31,206 nt of DNA from an uncultured Oscillospiraceae bacterium (GTDB lineage: Bacteria > Bacillota > Clostridia > Oscillospirales > Acutalibacteraceae). The notes beneath the pieces were generated by a model, which ran no database searches, was not told where the DNA came from, and was given only the letters and a program-made list of their open reading frames with translations. The DNA lies in NCBI GenBank assembly GCA_902461995.1, contig CABQAA010000001.1:1-31206 (forward strand), in the 5' to 3' direction. Both the position numbers and the translations under genes were made by a program. This document shows, one piece after another, positions 1 to 8,170 of the stretch (positions within the stretch are counted from its first letter, which is position 1; each line of letters starts with the position of its first letter).

Positions 1-84
1 CCGCACGATTGTGCGGGCGGGGGTTCCTTGTTTTGGAGGGATTGACCCAAACGGCGGCATCCGGAGATATGAAAAAAGGCGGGG

Positions 85-112
85 AACCGCATTCGGGCTT
101 CCTGCATATGCT
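85..112 (+). promoter_or_regulatory. Candidate sigma-K (mother-cell) promoter for the cortex hydrolase operon
   Basis: aACc (85-88), 16 nt, CATAtgcT (105-112) fits the mACm-N16-CATA-N3-T consensus and lies upstream of sporulation genes. The motif is short and degenerate. Confidence 0.3.
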
Positions 113-231
113 GTTACGGTGAAGACGTTGACACGAAAAGTCATCAAAAATGCAGGTGTTTTTATCCGGGGGCCCCTTGAAAAAAGCCCGAACCGGCTGT
201 ATGTGAAAATTGTTGTTCGGGAAAGGAGAAG

Positions 232-675
232 ATGCGATTGGCTTTTTCCGACTTGGAGATTCTGGCACGAATCCTTGAATGTGAAGCGGGAGGTGAAGGC
301 GAAAACGGTATGAAAGCCGTGGCTTGTGTCGTCATGAATCGGGTAAACATTACATACGGGGAGTACGGACGGCTGGAGCCGACGATCCGGGCAACCGTCT
401 ATCAGACCGGGCAGTTCGACTGTGTGCGCGAAACCATCGGCGGCCGTTACAACATGCAGAACATATACAATATGCGTCCAGAACAGATTCATTACGACAT
501 TGCCAATTGGGCCATTGCCGGAAACCGTCTGACCAACCTGGGCTTCGCTCTTTGGTATTTTAATCCGTTTTCCCCTACCTGCCGGGAGTTTTTCCCTTCC
601 AATGTCGGCCGCTTCGTGATCCGCATCGGGGATCACTGCTTTTATAATCCGACCGACGCATATGCGGAAACATAA
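232..675 (+). CDS. cwlJ: Spore cortex-lytic cell wall hydrolase (Hydrolase_2, CwlJ/SleB family), catalytic domain only
   Basis: LARILECEAGGEGENGMKAVACVVMNRV carries the catalytic Glu; also GQF, ALWYFNP and IGDHCFY motifs. No signal peptide or PG-binding domain, as in CwlJ. RBS aaaggag. Confidence 0.8.
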   Translation: MRLAFSDLEILARILECEAGGEGENGMKAVACVVMNRVNITYGEYGRLEPTIRATVYQTGQFDCVRETIGGRYNMQNIYNMRPEQIHYDIANWAIAGNRLTNLGFALWYFNPFSPTCREFFPSNVGRFVIRIGDHCFYNPTDAYAET

Positions 676-714
676 CAGAGGAGGCCGCTCACCCCATACT
701 ACCAAAAAGGAAAG

Positions 715-1125
715 GTGTTACTTATGGATCAAATGCCGCAAAACCGATCCGGTGTGAGAAATGTGATGTGCCGGGATGCCATGGGACGGAATCCGGTGAA
801 TCCCCCGCCCCCCGAGTTTACAACGCCGCCGCCGCTTGACTTCAATTCGGAAGAAATGCGCGGATCCATGCAAAAAATTCTGTCTGAAAACACAGGCGAA
901 TATGTGGTTATCGAGTTCTTGATCGGCACCGAACGGATCATGCGAAAACAAGGCATTTTGTATTTTGTCGGCACCAGCTACGTCACCTTGTTTGACGATG
1001 AGTTCAACAATTTTATTGTCTGCGATATATTCTCGATCAAATTTGTGTATTTCTATTATCCCGGCCAACGGCCCAACCGGAATTACAATATCCTGAATGG
1101 CAACATCAATGGCGGCCAACGATAG
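715..1125 (+). CDS. GerQ-like spore coat protein
   Basis: Pro-rich N-terminus, then SMQKILSENTGEYVVIEFLIG...KQGILYFVGTSYVTL...CDIFSIKFVYF, resembling the GerQ/YwdL core. Lies directly after cwlJ. The start could be GTG 715 or a downstream ATG. Confidence 0.55.
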   Translation: MLLMDQMPQNRSGVRNVMCRDAMGRNPVNPPPPEFTTPPPLDFNSEEMRGSMQKILSENTGEYVVIEFLIGTERIMRKQGILYFVGTSYVTLFDDEFNNFIVCDIFSIKFVYFYYPGQRPNRNYNILNGNINGGQR

Positions 1126-1142
1126 GAAATAGAGCTGGGAAA

Positions 1143-1173
1143 AGGCCGTCCGCATTTGGCGGGCGGCCTCTTT
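1143..1173 (+). terminator. Intrinsic terminator after the cwlJ-gerQ-like operon
   Basis: aggccgtccgc / gcgggcggcct stem followed by ctttg. Confidence 0.65.
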
Positions 1174-1348
1174 GCCTGTCCCGTGTCAGCCTTTGCGTCA
1201 TTTTTCCAATGTCTCGTCATCCGTTCTTAGCCGGATCTTCCGGGAGATTATGCGGGGATTTTCTTTTAAGGTGAGGTGCGGAATAGGCAGAGCCCTTCGT
1301 TCTTGAACGTTCAGCAGGAAGGCCTTTGAACTTTTTTTGCTCGTCCCC

Positions 1349-1377
1349 TTGACATTTGGAGACGAAATGTCTATAAT
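1349..1377 (+). promoter_or_regulatory. Consensus sigma-A promoter of tRNA-Arg
   Basis: TTGACA (1349-1354), 17 nt, TATAAT (1372-1377), 20 nt upstream of the tRNA. Confidence 0.9.
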
Positions 1378-1397
1378 TTAGGCGTTGTCCCTTAAAT

Positions 1398-1474
1398 GCG
1401 CTCGTAGCTCAGCTGGATAGAGTGTCTGACTACGAATCAGAAGGTCAGGGGTTCGAATCCCTTCGGGCGCGCCA
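1398..1474 (+). tRNA. tRNA-Arg (anticodon ACG)
   Basis: Acceptor stem GCGCTCG/CGGGCGC, D-arm TAGCTCAGCTGGATAGAG, anticodon arm TCTGA-CT-ACG-AA-TCAGA, T-loop GGTTCGAATCC, encoded CCA; 77 nt. Confidence 0.98.
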
Positions 1475-1475
1475 G

Positions 1476-1522
1476 CCGAAAGAGGCCGATTGCTTTATAG
1501 CAATCGGCCTCTTTCGGTTTAT
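1476..1522 (+). terminator. Intrinsic terminator of tRNA-Arg
   Basis: Perfect 19-bp stem ccgaaagaggccgattgct / agcaatcggcctctttcgg followed by tttat. Confidence 0.85.
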
Positions 1523-1563
1523 GGGATGTGCACATGAGCATAATCTCTAATTTACAATTTGAT

Positions 1564-1600
1564 ACGGGTACGGGCGAAAAGCCCGTACCCGTTTGTTTCC
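1564..1600 (+). terminator. Second terminator-like hairpin downstream of the tRNA
   Basis: acgggtacgggc-gaaaa-gcccgtacccgt followed by ttgtttcc. Confidence 0.6.
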
Positions 1601-1881
1601 TGTTTTGATTCTCGATCCGGGCGCGCTGTGCTGCTGTAACGCCGGAAAGCGATTGCCGGATCCGATGCGCCTTTGCATCCCGCCAGTTGATATTCGCGGC
1701 TGTATCCATCCGACCGACGGGTACCGTATTATGGTCACGTCTCTCACGGAGCGTTTTGCGCGGATAGCTTCCAGGCATTTATAGTACGCGCACATCGCAT
1801 CGGCGGCGCTTCCGTACAACACGGCATGGGAATCCGTTCGGACGCCAGGCCCCGACTCGCTGGCAATCGTCCGCCTGGCGG

Positions 1882-1910
1882 TCGACATCTTTTTATTTAT
1901 ACGGTATACT
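1882..1910 (+). promoter_or_regulatory. Sigma-A-type promoter for the ECF sigma/anti-sigma operon
   Basis: TCGACA (1882-1887), 17 nt, TATACT (1905-1910). Confidence 0.55.
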
Positions 1911-1996
1911 AGAAAATATGGAACCAAAAATTTTTTTATAATCGAGCGCAATAAAACCAGCAGCTTCTGCGTTATCTGATTGAAAGGGGTGAATCC

Positions 1997-2575
1997 ATGG
2001 GCGTGCGGAACGAGGTTTCGGCGGAAACGACGATCGATGGCCATCGGGACAGGGCGCTGGACCAGTGTCTGGCAGACATGGCGGAGGGGCGCCCCTCCGC
2101 TCTGGAAAGTCTGTACCGTCTGACCAGTGCGTCGGTCTATGGATATGCTCTGTCCGTTTTGAAAAACCGGCAGGATGCAGAGGATGTGCTGCACGATTGT
2201 TATGTGCGCCTCTATCAGGCGGCGGGGAGCTATCGTTCCTGCGGCAAGCCGATGGCGTGGATCATCACTGTCGCCCGGAATCTGTGCCTGCTGAAACTGC
2301 GGGGTCGCGGCAAAACGGAGGATTTGTCCGAAGAGAAATGGGAGGATACCGCCGGTCCACAGGTGGATGGCGATGCGGATGACCGTCTGCTTCTCACGCA
2401 GTGTATGACGCGGCTTTCAGACGAAGAGAGGCAGATCGTCGTTCTTCATGCGGCGGCGGGATTCCGTCACCGGGAAATCGCCGACATGCTTGATCTGCCG
2501 CTTCCGACGGTCCTTTCCAAGTACCATCGGGCGCTCAAAAAACTCAGAACCTTTTTGGAGAAGGGAGACGGATGA
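1997..2575 (+). CDS. ECF RNA polymerase sigma factor
   Basis: Region 2 (DAEDVLHDCYVRLY...WIITVARNLC) and region 4 (LSDEERQIVVLH...HREIADMLDLPLPTVLSKYHRALKKLR); RBS aaaggggtg. Confidence 0.92.
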   Translation: MGVRNEVSAETTIDGHRDRALDQCLADMAEGRPSALESLYRLTSASVYGYALSVLKNRQDAEDVLHDCYVRLYQAAGSYRSCGKPMAWIITVARNLCLLKLRGRGKTEDLSEEKWEDTAGPQVDGDADDRLLLTQCMTRLSDEERQIVVLHAAAGFRHREIADMLDLPLPTVLSKYHRALKKLRTFLEKGDG

Positions 2576-4056
2576 TGAAACAGAACCGAAAAATAGAAGC
2601 GGATATCCGGCGAGCCTTCTGCGGCGGAGTGCCGGACGTGCTGGACGGCATTCTTGCAGACTGTGATCAGGAGAAAGGATCCGTGATTGTGATGGAGAAA
2701 AAGAGAACAAATCCCTGGCTTGTACGGGCGGCGGGGATCGCGGCGGCGCTGCTGCTTTGTACAGGCGTGGGTATCGGATACCATTTGTACAGCACCCGTT
2801 ACGCCGTCGCGTCGACGGTATCCCTCGATGTCAACCCCAGCATTGAGATCCGGGTCAATGAAAAAGAGCGGGTGCTGTCCGTTGATCCCAAAAACGAAGA
2901 CGGCCGGATGGTCGTCGGAAATATGGATTTTTCCGGAAGTTCACTGGATGTTACCGTCAACGCCCTGATTGGATCCATGTTGCGCAGTGGATATTTGAGT
3001 GAAATGTCCAATTCCATCCTGATCAGTGTGGACAGTTCCAATGCGGCCAGGGGTGTTGCGCTCAAGGAAAAACTGGCCGGTGAAGTCAGTGGGTTGATGC
3101 AGACGGATTCTTTCAGCGGGGCGGTGCTGAGCCAAACAGTGACGGCCGATACGGCCTTGCAGAAACTGGCGGATGAACATGGCATTTCGCTCGGCAAAGC
3201 GCGTTTGATCGAGGAGATCCGGGCACTGAATCCCGCGTATACCTTTGACATGCTGGCAAAGCTGACGATCAATGAACTGAATCTGCTGCGGGCGTCGGGA
3301 AATCAGACGCTTGAGAACGTCGAGGCAACGGGAACGGCCAGCGACAAGGCCTACATCGGAGCGGATAAAGCCACCTCCATCGCGCTTGCCCATGCCAATG
3401 TGGCGGCCGCGGACGCGAAGATTACCGAAGCGAAGCTCGATACCGAAGACGGCGCGATGGTGTATGAAATCGAATTCAAGGCAAACGGACTGGAATATGA
3501 ATACGACATCCATGCCGTGAGCGGCGAGGTTGTCAAGTTCGAGAAAGAGCGGGACGACGAGCCGTCAGATGACAACGAGGACCATCCCTCCGGTCCTGTC
3601 ATTGGAGAAGCCAAGGCCAAAGAGGCGGCGCTTGCCCATGCCGGGGTGGCGGCGTCGGAACTTCGGGACTACAAGATCGAACTGGATACCGATGACGGTG
3701 TAGAAGTGTACGATATCGAGTTCAAAGCGGGCGGCTATGAGTATGATTACGAGATTCAGGCGGCCGACGGCAAGGTCCTGAAGGCGGACAGAGAACCGGA
3801 TGACGACAATGACCATTCCGGCGGCCAGGGTTCCGAGCCTTCCTCCGTCATCGGGAAAGACAAAGCCAAAGAGGCGGCGCTTGCCCATGCCGGGGTGGCG
3901 GCGTCGGAACTCCGGGACTACAAGATCGAACTGGATACCGATAACGGCGTGCAGGTGTACGATATCGAGTTCAAAGCGGGCGGCTATGAATACGATTACG
4001 AGATTCAGGCCGCAACCGGTAAAATCGTCAAGTCGGATAAAAAGCCTGATAATTGA
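2572..4056 (+). CDS. Membrane anti-sigma factor: RsgI-type extracellular domain plus three PepSY domains
   Basis: ATGA overlap with the sigma gene; one TM helix (AAGIAAALLLCTGVGIGY); VSLDVNPSIEIRVN motif of the RsgI conserved region; three I(G)xxKAxxxALxHA...LDxxDG..VYxIEF...EYxYxIxA.xG repeats. Confidence 0.85.
   Translation: MMKQNRKIEADIRRAFCGGVPDVLDGILADCDQEKGSVIVMEKKRTNPWLVRAAGIAAALLLCTGVGIGYHLYSTRYAVASTVSLDVNPSIEIRVNEKERVLSVDPKNEDGRMVVGNMDFSGSSLDVTVNALIGSMLRSGYLSEMSNSILISVDSSNAARGVALKEKLAGEVSGLMQTDSFSGAVLSQTVTADTALQKLADEHGISLGKARLIEEIRALNPAYTFDMLAKLTINELNLLRASGNQTLENVEATGTASDKAYIGADKATSIALAHANVAAADAKITEAKLDTEDGAMVYEIEFKANGLEYEYDIHAVSGEVVKFEKERDDEPSDDNEDHPSGPVIGEAKAKEAALAHAGVAASELRDYKIELDTDDGVEVYDIEFKAGGYEYDYEIQAADGKVLKADREPDDDNDHSGGQGSEPSSVIGKDKAKEAALAHAGVAASELRDYKIELDTDNGVQVYDIEFKAGGYEYDYEIQAATGKIVKSDKKPDN
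3616..4010 (+). repeat. Intragenic direct repeat, ~146 bp x2 (3616-3761 and 3865-4010), encoding PepSY 2 and 3
   Basis: Near-identical DNA gccaaagaggcggcgcttgcccatgcc...gagattcaggc at an offset of 249 bp. Confidence 0.95.
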
Positions 4057-4097
4057 GCGGACGGCCCCGTTTATGTATGCGGTTGTTATAACCCGAA

Positions 4098-4159
4098 AAT
4101 CGGATAAAAAGGGGAAACGGTGTGACTTCGGTCGCGCCGTTTCCCCTTTTTATCCGATT
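4098..4159 (+). terminator. Long hairpin/terminator with a cUUCGg tetraloop
   Basis: aatcggataaaaaggggaaacggtgtgac-ttcg-gtcgcgccgtttcccctttttatccgatt: 29-bp stem with two G.U pairs. Confidence 0.75.
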
Positions 4160-4392
4160 CCAAACGAGCAGAAAGCCGGTTGTTTTTGCGTCGGATCCTG
4201 CCGAAAACCGCATGGCACTGCAAAAAACATAACCCCGGTGTCCAAGTATGCCACTTTGTGTCTTAACGAGGCTTTTTATCAGAAGGGACGTCCAATATCT
4301 GGAATTGCCGGACAGATTATGCTATACTGCAAAATGGCCAAGGGAACAGGGATGACAGCCTGTTATCCAAAACATGGGAAAGGGCGAGGAGA

Positions 4393-5052
4393 ATGCTGAA
4401 GATTGAAGATCATGAAAAAATCGTGTTCACGGGGGACTCGATTACCGACGCGGGACGGGGGCGGCCGGTAGGAGAAGGGCTGTGGGACGGTGTCGGCAAC
4501 GGCTATGTCCGGAGCATCGAAACGCTGCTCAACGTGTGCTATCCCGAAAGGCTCATCCATATCGCGAATACGGGCGTCAGCGGGAACACCAGCCGGGATC
4601 TGAAACAGCGGTGGGAAAACGAGGTGCTGGCGCTGAAGCCGGACTGGGTGGTGTGCTGCATCGGAGTGAACGACGTGTGGAGGCAGTTCGATTCTCCGAG
4701 CGTCTTTACGCAGCATGTGGGACCGGAGGAATACCGCCGGAACCTGGAGGAGATCACGGAGCAGACCCAGCCCTGCGTGAAGGGTCTGATTATGATGACG
4801 CCCTACTATATGGAACCCTGCCGGGAGGACGCGATGCGCCGCCGGATGGATGAGTACGGAGGGATCATGAAGGAAGTCTGTGCGGAACGGCATCTGCCCT
4901 GCATCGACCTGCAGGCGGAATTTGACGCCTATCTGCAATACCGGCATTCCTCCTATGTGATGTGGGACCGGGTGCATCCGGGCTGGACGGGCAGCCTGAT
5001 CATTGCCCGCGCCTTTCTTAAAGAGGTTGGTTTTGACCGTCCGGTCATCTGA
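4393..5052 (+). CDS. SGNH/GDSL hydrolase (esterase, possibly carbohydrate deacetylase)
   Basis: Blocks FTGDSITD, NTGVSGN, IGVNDV and DRVHP; RBS gaggag; TGcTATACT extended -10 at 4320-4328. Confidence 0.9.
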   Translation: MLKIEDHEKIVFTGDSITDAGRGRPVGEGLWDGVGNGYVRSIETLLNVCYPERLIHIANTGVSGNTSRDLKQRWENEVLALKPDWVVCCIGVNDVWRQFDSPSVFTQHVGPEEYRRNLEEITEQTQPCVKGLIMMTPYYMEPCREDAMRRRMDEYGGIMKEVCAERHLPCIDLQAEFDAYLQYRHSSYVMWDRVHPGWTGSLIIARAFLKEVGFDRPVI

Positions 5053-5192
5053 AAAGTTACTCATCCATAAAAAATCCATTCCAATTCGACTTTATTTTTC
5101 CAGTTGATGAGTTTGTATATTTAAACGAACCGGATTCCTTGTTGGCAGCACGATCAGAGGACCATGTGAAATCGGCAGAGGGGACGATGGAA

Positions 5193-5717
5193 ATGATTGT
5201 TTTGATTACGGGGGCTTCTCATACGGGAAAGACCCTGTTGGCACAGAGGCTATTAGAAAAATATGGTTATCCTTATCTGTCGATTGACCATTTGAAGATG
5301 GGCCTCATTCGGAGCGGAAACACCAACTTGACACCGGAAGATGATGAGTCTCTGACTGTTTATCTTTGGCCGATTGTCCGGGAAATTATCAAAACAGCAA
5401 TCGAAAATGCTCAAAATCTGATCATTGAAGGGTGTTACATCCCATTTGATTGGAAGAAGGATTTTGAACCTGCCTATCTGAAAGACATTCACTATATTTG
5501 TCTTGTTATGACAGACGAATATATCCGGACCCACTTTCAGGACCTTAAAAATCACGCACATGTCATGGAGGACAGAGGGGACGACTCATGGTACACCATG
5601 GAGTTGGCGCTTCAAGAAAACTCCGAAACATTCCGTATGTGCAGAAAATATGGGCATCCCTGCATTTTAATAGAGAAGGACTACGATGTGCCAGTTGAAT
5701 TAAACCAGGGGCAATAA
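5193..5717 (+). CDS. Small P-loop NTPase/kinase (adenylate- or 2-phosphoglycerate-kinase-like)
   Basis: LITGASHTGKT Walker A, YLSIDHLKMGLIRSG, LIIEG. Start set from RBS agagggg; ATG 5187 is an alternative. Confidence 0.75.
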   Translation: MIVLITGASHTGKTLLAQRLLEKYGYPYLSIDHLKMGLIRSGNTNLTPEDDESLTVYLWPIVREIIKTAIENAQNLIIEGCYIPFDWKKDFEPAYLKDIHYICLVMTDEYIRTHFQDLKNHAHVMEDRGDDSWYTMELALQENSETFRMCRKYGHPCILIEKDYDVPVELNQGQ

Positions 5718-5824
5718 CATCCGGCCAAAAGCTGTAACGATTCGATCCGGTTTTCTTTTATGGAGTCCCTCATGAATTCATTTGCAACTCCTTCTGGAAC
5801 GCAAAAGGGAATGGCGAGAATAAC

Positions 5825-5860
5825 AAAAGCGGGTAAAATCCAACGATTTTACCCGCTTTT
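5825..5860. terminator. Bidirectional terminator between convergent genes
   Basis: Perfect 16-bp stem aaaagcgggtaaaatc-caac-gattttacccgctttt. Confidence 0.8.
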
Positions 5861-5887
5861 CCTTATTTTGATACGCGATTCAGCGGA

Positions 5888-7000
5888 TCATTTGTCCGCC
5901 GGAGCGTATTTTGCCACGATGGCGTTCATTTCGTCCATCTTCTGTTCCATATCCGCGACCATTTTGAACTGGGTACGGCAGCGGTCGAGATTGTGCCCTT
6001 CCCGGTGGATCTTGAAATAGGTGTCGCCGGCGATGTGGTCAGCGAGAAACCGCATGCCGCATTCGAGGGTCATCATCTTGGCCGCGAAAGGCAGCAACTC
6101 GATTTCGCGTTTCGTGAGCATATCGCCGCACTCCTCGAGGAATCCTTTTGTGTATTCCTCAAACAGGCCGAGGTCGCAGACGACCTTGGAGAGATCCGTC
6201 TCGTCCTCGGCAGCGGGATTGGCGCCGAAACGGATGCTGTCCCCGAAATCGTAGAGGGAGAGACCCGGCATGACGGTATCGAGGTCAATGACCGCGACCG
6301 GGCGGCCGGTGACGTCGTCGAGCATGACGTTGTTGAGCTTGGTGTCGTTGTGGGTCACCCGAAGGGGCAGTTCCCCTTTGGCGAGCAGGTCGACGAGCAC
6401 ATGGGTATCGGCCTCTCTGGCCCGGGCAAAGGCGATTTCCGGCGCCACATCGGCGGCCCGGCCCGAGGCGTTTTCCGCCACGGCTTTTTCGAAGTTTTTG
6501 TAACGGTCAGCCGTGTCGTGGAAATGCGGGATGACCTCATGCAGGGTTTCAGCGGGATAATCCGCCAGCAGACGCTGGAATTTTCCGAAAGCACAGGCGG
6601 AATAATAGAAATGTTCCGGCTTGCCGACGGTCTGGAAGGTCACGGCGTTTTCGATGAAGACGAAACTGCGCCAGAACTGGCCTTCCTCGTCCTGCAGATA
6701 CATGGCGCCCTCTTTTGTGGGGACAAGCTGGAGGCATTCCCGATCGGGATCGCCGCCCCCGGCGAGCACCCGGTCCCGCAGGAAGGCGGTGACATGGATC
6801 ATATTGTCCATGAGTTCGGGCACGTTGGCAAACACATTTTTGTTTACCCGTTGGAGGATATAGCGCCGCTGGGGCTTCCCTTCGCGGAGGCAGCAGACGC
6901 AGTAGGTGTCGTTGATATGGCCGCAACCGTAGGGTTTGGCGTCCACGGGCTCCCCTTCCAGGGCAAAGCGTTTCGATATGGTCAAAGCGTCACAGCTCAT
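5888..7000 (-). CDS. APH-fold sugar-1-kinase, N-acetylhexosamine 1-kinase (NahK/LnpB)-like
   Basis: GCGHINDTY, YILQRVN, RVTHNDTKLNNVM, VIDLDTVMPG, YDFGDSIR, ECGMRFLADHIAGDTYFK; RBS aggaaagga. Confidence 0.85.
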   Translation of the reverse strand: MSCDALTISKRFALEGEPVDAKPYGCGHINDTYCVCCLREGKPQRRYILQRVNKNVFANVPELMDNMIHVTAFLRDRVLAGGGDPDRECLQLVPTKEGAMYLQDEEGQFWRSFVFIENAVTFQTVGKPEHFYYSACAFGKFQRLLADYPAETLHEVIPHFHDTADRYKNFEKAVAENASGRAADVAPEIAFARAREADTHVLVDLLAKGELPLRVTHNDTKLNNVMLDDVTGRPVAVIDLDTVMPGLSLYDFGDSIRFGANPAAEDETDLSKVVCDLGLFEEYTKGFLEECGDMLTKREIELLPFAAKMMTLECGMRFLADHIAGDTYFKIHREGHNLDRCRTQFKMVADMEQKMDEMNAIVAKYAPADK

Positions 7001-7023
7001 TGGTTTTTCATCCTTTCCTGGGA

Positions 7024-7938
7024 TTACAGCTTCTCGGGATAGATCCCGTTCTCGATCATGCGGGAGATGGCGTCGATCACCATCTGACGGTCGGCGGCAT
7101 AGGTCATGCCGTACCATTTGTCCGTGGAATGCAGGACCTGCACGTCCGCCTCGCCTTTTTCCACCATTTCATCGACCGCGAAGGGGAGGAAAAACTCGGA
7201 TTTGAGTTCCTGACCGGCCTTGTCGAGGAAGGCACGGAACTTGTCAGTGAATTTGTCCAGGGATCCCGTCGGGAAGGCCCAGCAGTTCATCGAGACCGGG
7301 CATCCCTCGGGCAGTGCCGTCCAGGTCTCGCCGCCGTCTTCGGAGAACATGGCGCGGCCGTCCCGCCATTCGATCCGGGTGCGCTCCACCAGCCCGGACA
7401 GCTTGCCGGATGCATCCACCGTGCAGATGCCGCGGGAAACACTGCCGTTTTCGGTCAAGGTGTTTTCCAAAGTGAAGGCCGCCATGGCGATATGGAGTTT
7501 TCCGTCCTCCGGCTGAGGCCGGCTGAGGAAGTCTGCGAGCAGGCGGTAGCAGGACGGGCCGTAGAAATCGTCCGCGTTGATGACCATGAAGGGGCCGTCC
7601 ACTACACCCTGGCAGCAGAGGACCGCGTGGCCGGTTCCCCAGGGTTTGGCACGTCCCTCGGGGACGGTATAGCCGTCCGGCAGCCGGTCGAGCTCCTGAT
7701 ACACATAGTCGACCGGAATCTTGGCCTCGGTGCGGCGGCCGATTTTCTCCTTGAATTCGGCTTCGATTTCATGCTTGATTACAAACACAATTTTACCGAA
7801 TCCGGCGGTGATCGCGTCGTGAATCGAGTAATCGATGATCATTTCGCCGCCGGGGCCGACGGGGGTAAGCTGTTTGAGTCCGCCGAAGCGGCTACCCATG
7901 CCGGCGGCCAGAATGACCAGTGTCGGTTTTTGATGCAT
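7024..7938 (-). CDS. Sugar-1-phosphate nucleotidyltransferase (NTP_transferase family)
   Basis: LVILAAGMGSRFGGLKQ, KPWGTGHAV, VINADDFYG, VSMNCW, WYGMTY; start at ATG 7938 or 7941. Confidence 0.88.
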   Translation of the reverse strand: MHQKPTLVILAAGMGSRFGGLKQLTPVGPGGEMIIDYSIHDAITAGFGKIVFVIKHEIEAEFKEKIGRRTEAKIPVDYVYQELDRLPDGYTVPEGRAKPWGTGHAVLCCQGVVDGPFMVINADDFYGPSCYRLLADFLSRPQPEDGKLHIAMAAFTLENTLTENGSVSRGICTVDASGKLSGLVERTRIEWRDGRAMFSEDGGETWTALPEGCPVSMNCWAFPTGSLDKFTDKFRAFLDKAGQELKSEFFLPFAVDEMVEKGEADVQVLHSTDKWYGMTYAADRQMVIDAISRMIENGIYPEKL

Positions 7939-8095
7939 CATGACTCCCTGCCTTTCTGATGTCGTGCGGCTGTGTACGGCCGCTTTAAGGTTGATCCGTA
8001 TGATACGCTGTGATTGTAGTGTACTCGATCCGGCGGCGAATAACCATATCCTTTTCGCCCAAACTTGTATAAATTCCGCCGGATGCAACGTCTAT

Positions 8096-8126
8096 CCATT
8101 GCAATGGGACATTTTTTTCGTATAAT
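8096..8126 (+). promoter_or_regulatory. galE promoter with an overlapping palindrome
   Basis: TTGCAA (8099-8104), 16 nt, TATAAT (8121-8126); perfect palindrome CCATTGCAATGG at 8096-8107. Confidence 0.5.
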
Positions 8127-8170
8127 AAAAACCAGATAACCCGAACTATTATATACTAGGAGGATGCAAT

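Noticed and set aside
670..701. Possible sigma-G/K promoter (CATACTA at 695-701) before the gerQ-like gene
   Set aside because: -35 spacing fits poorly and the gene is probably co-transcribed with cwlJ
1398..1474. tRNA-Arg as an integration site for an island
   Set aside because: No integrase and no duplicate of the tRNA 3' end seen in the window
1437..2194. Minus-strand ORFs 1437..1778 and 1547..2194 downstream of the tRNA
   Set aside because: No RBS or recognisable domain; they run through terminators, the tRNA or the ECF gene
5993..7959. Plus-strand ORFs of 349 aa and 319 aa
   Set aside because: Antisense shadows of the kinase and nucleotidyltransferase, which carry clear family motifs
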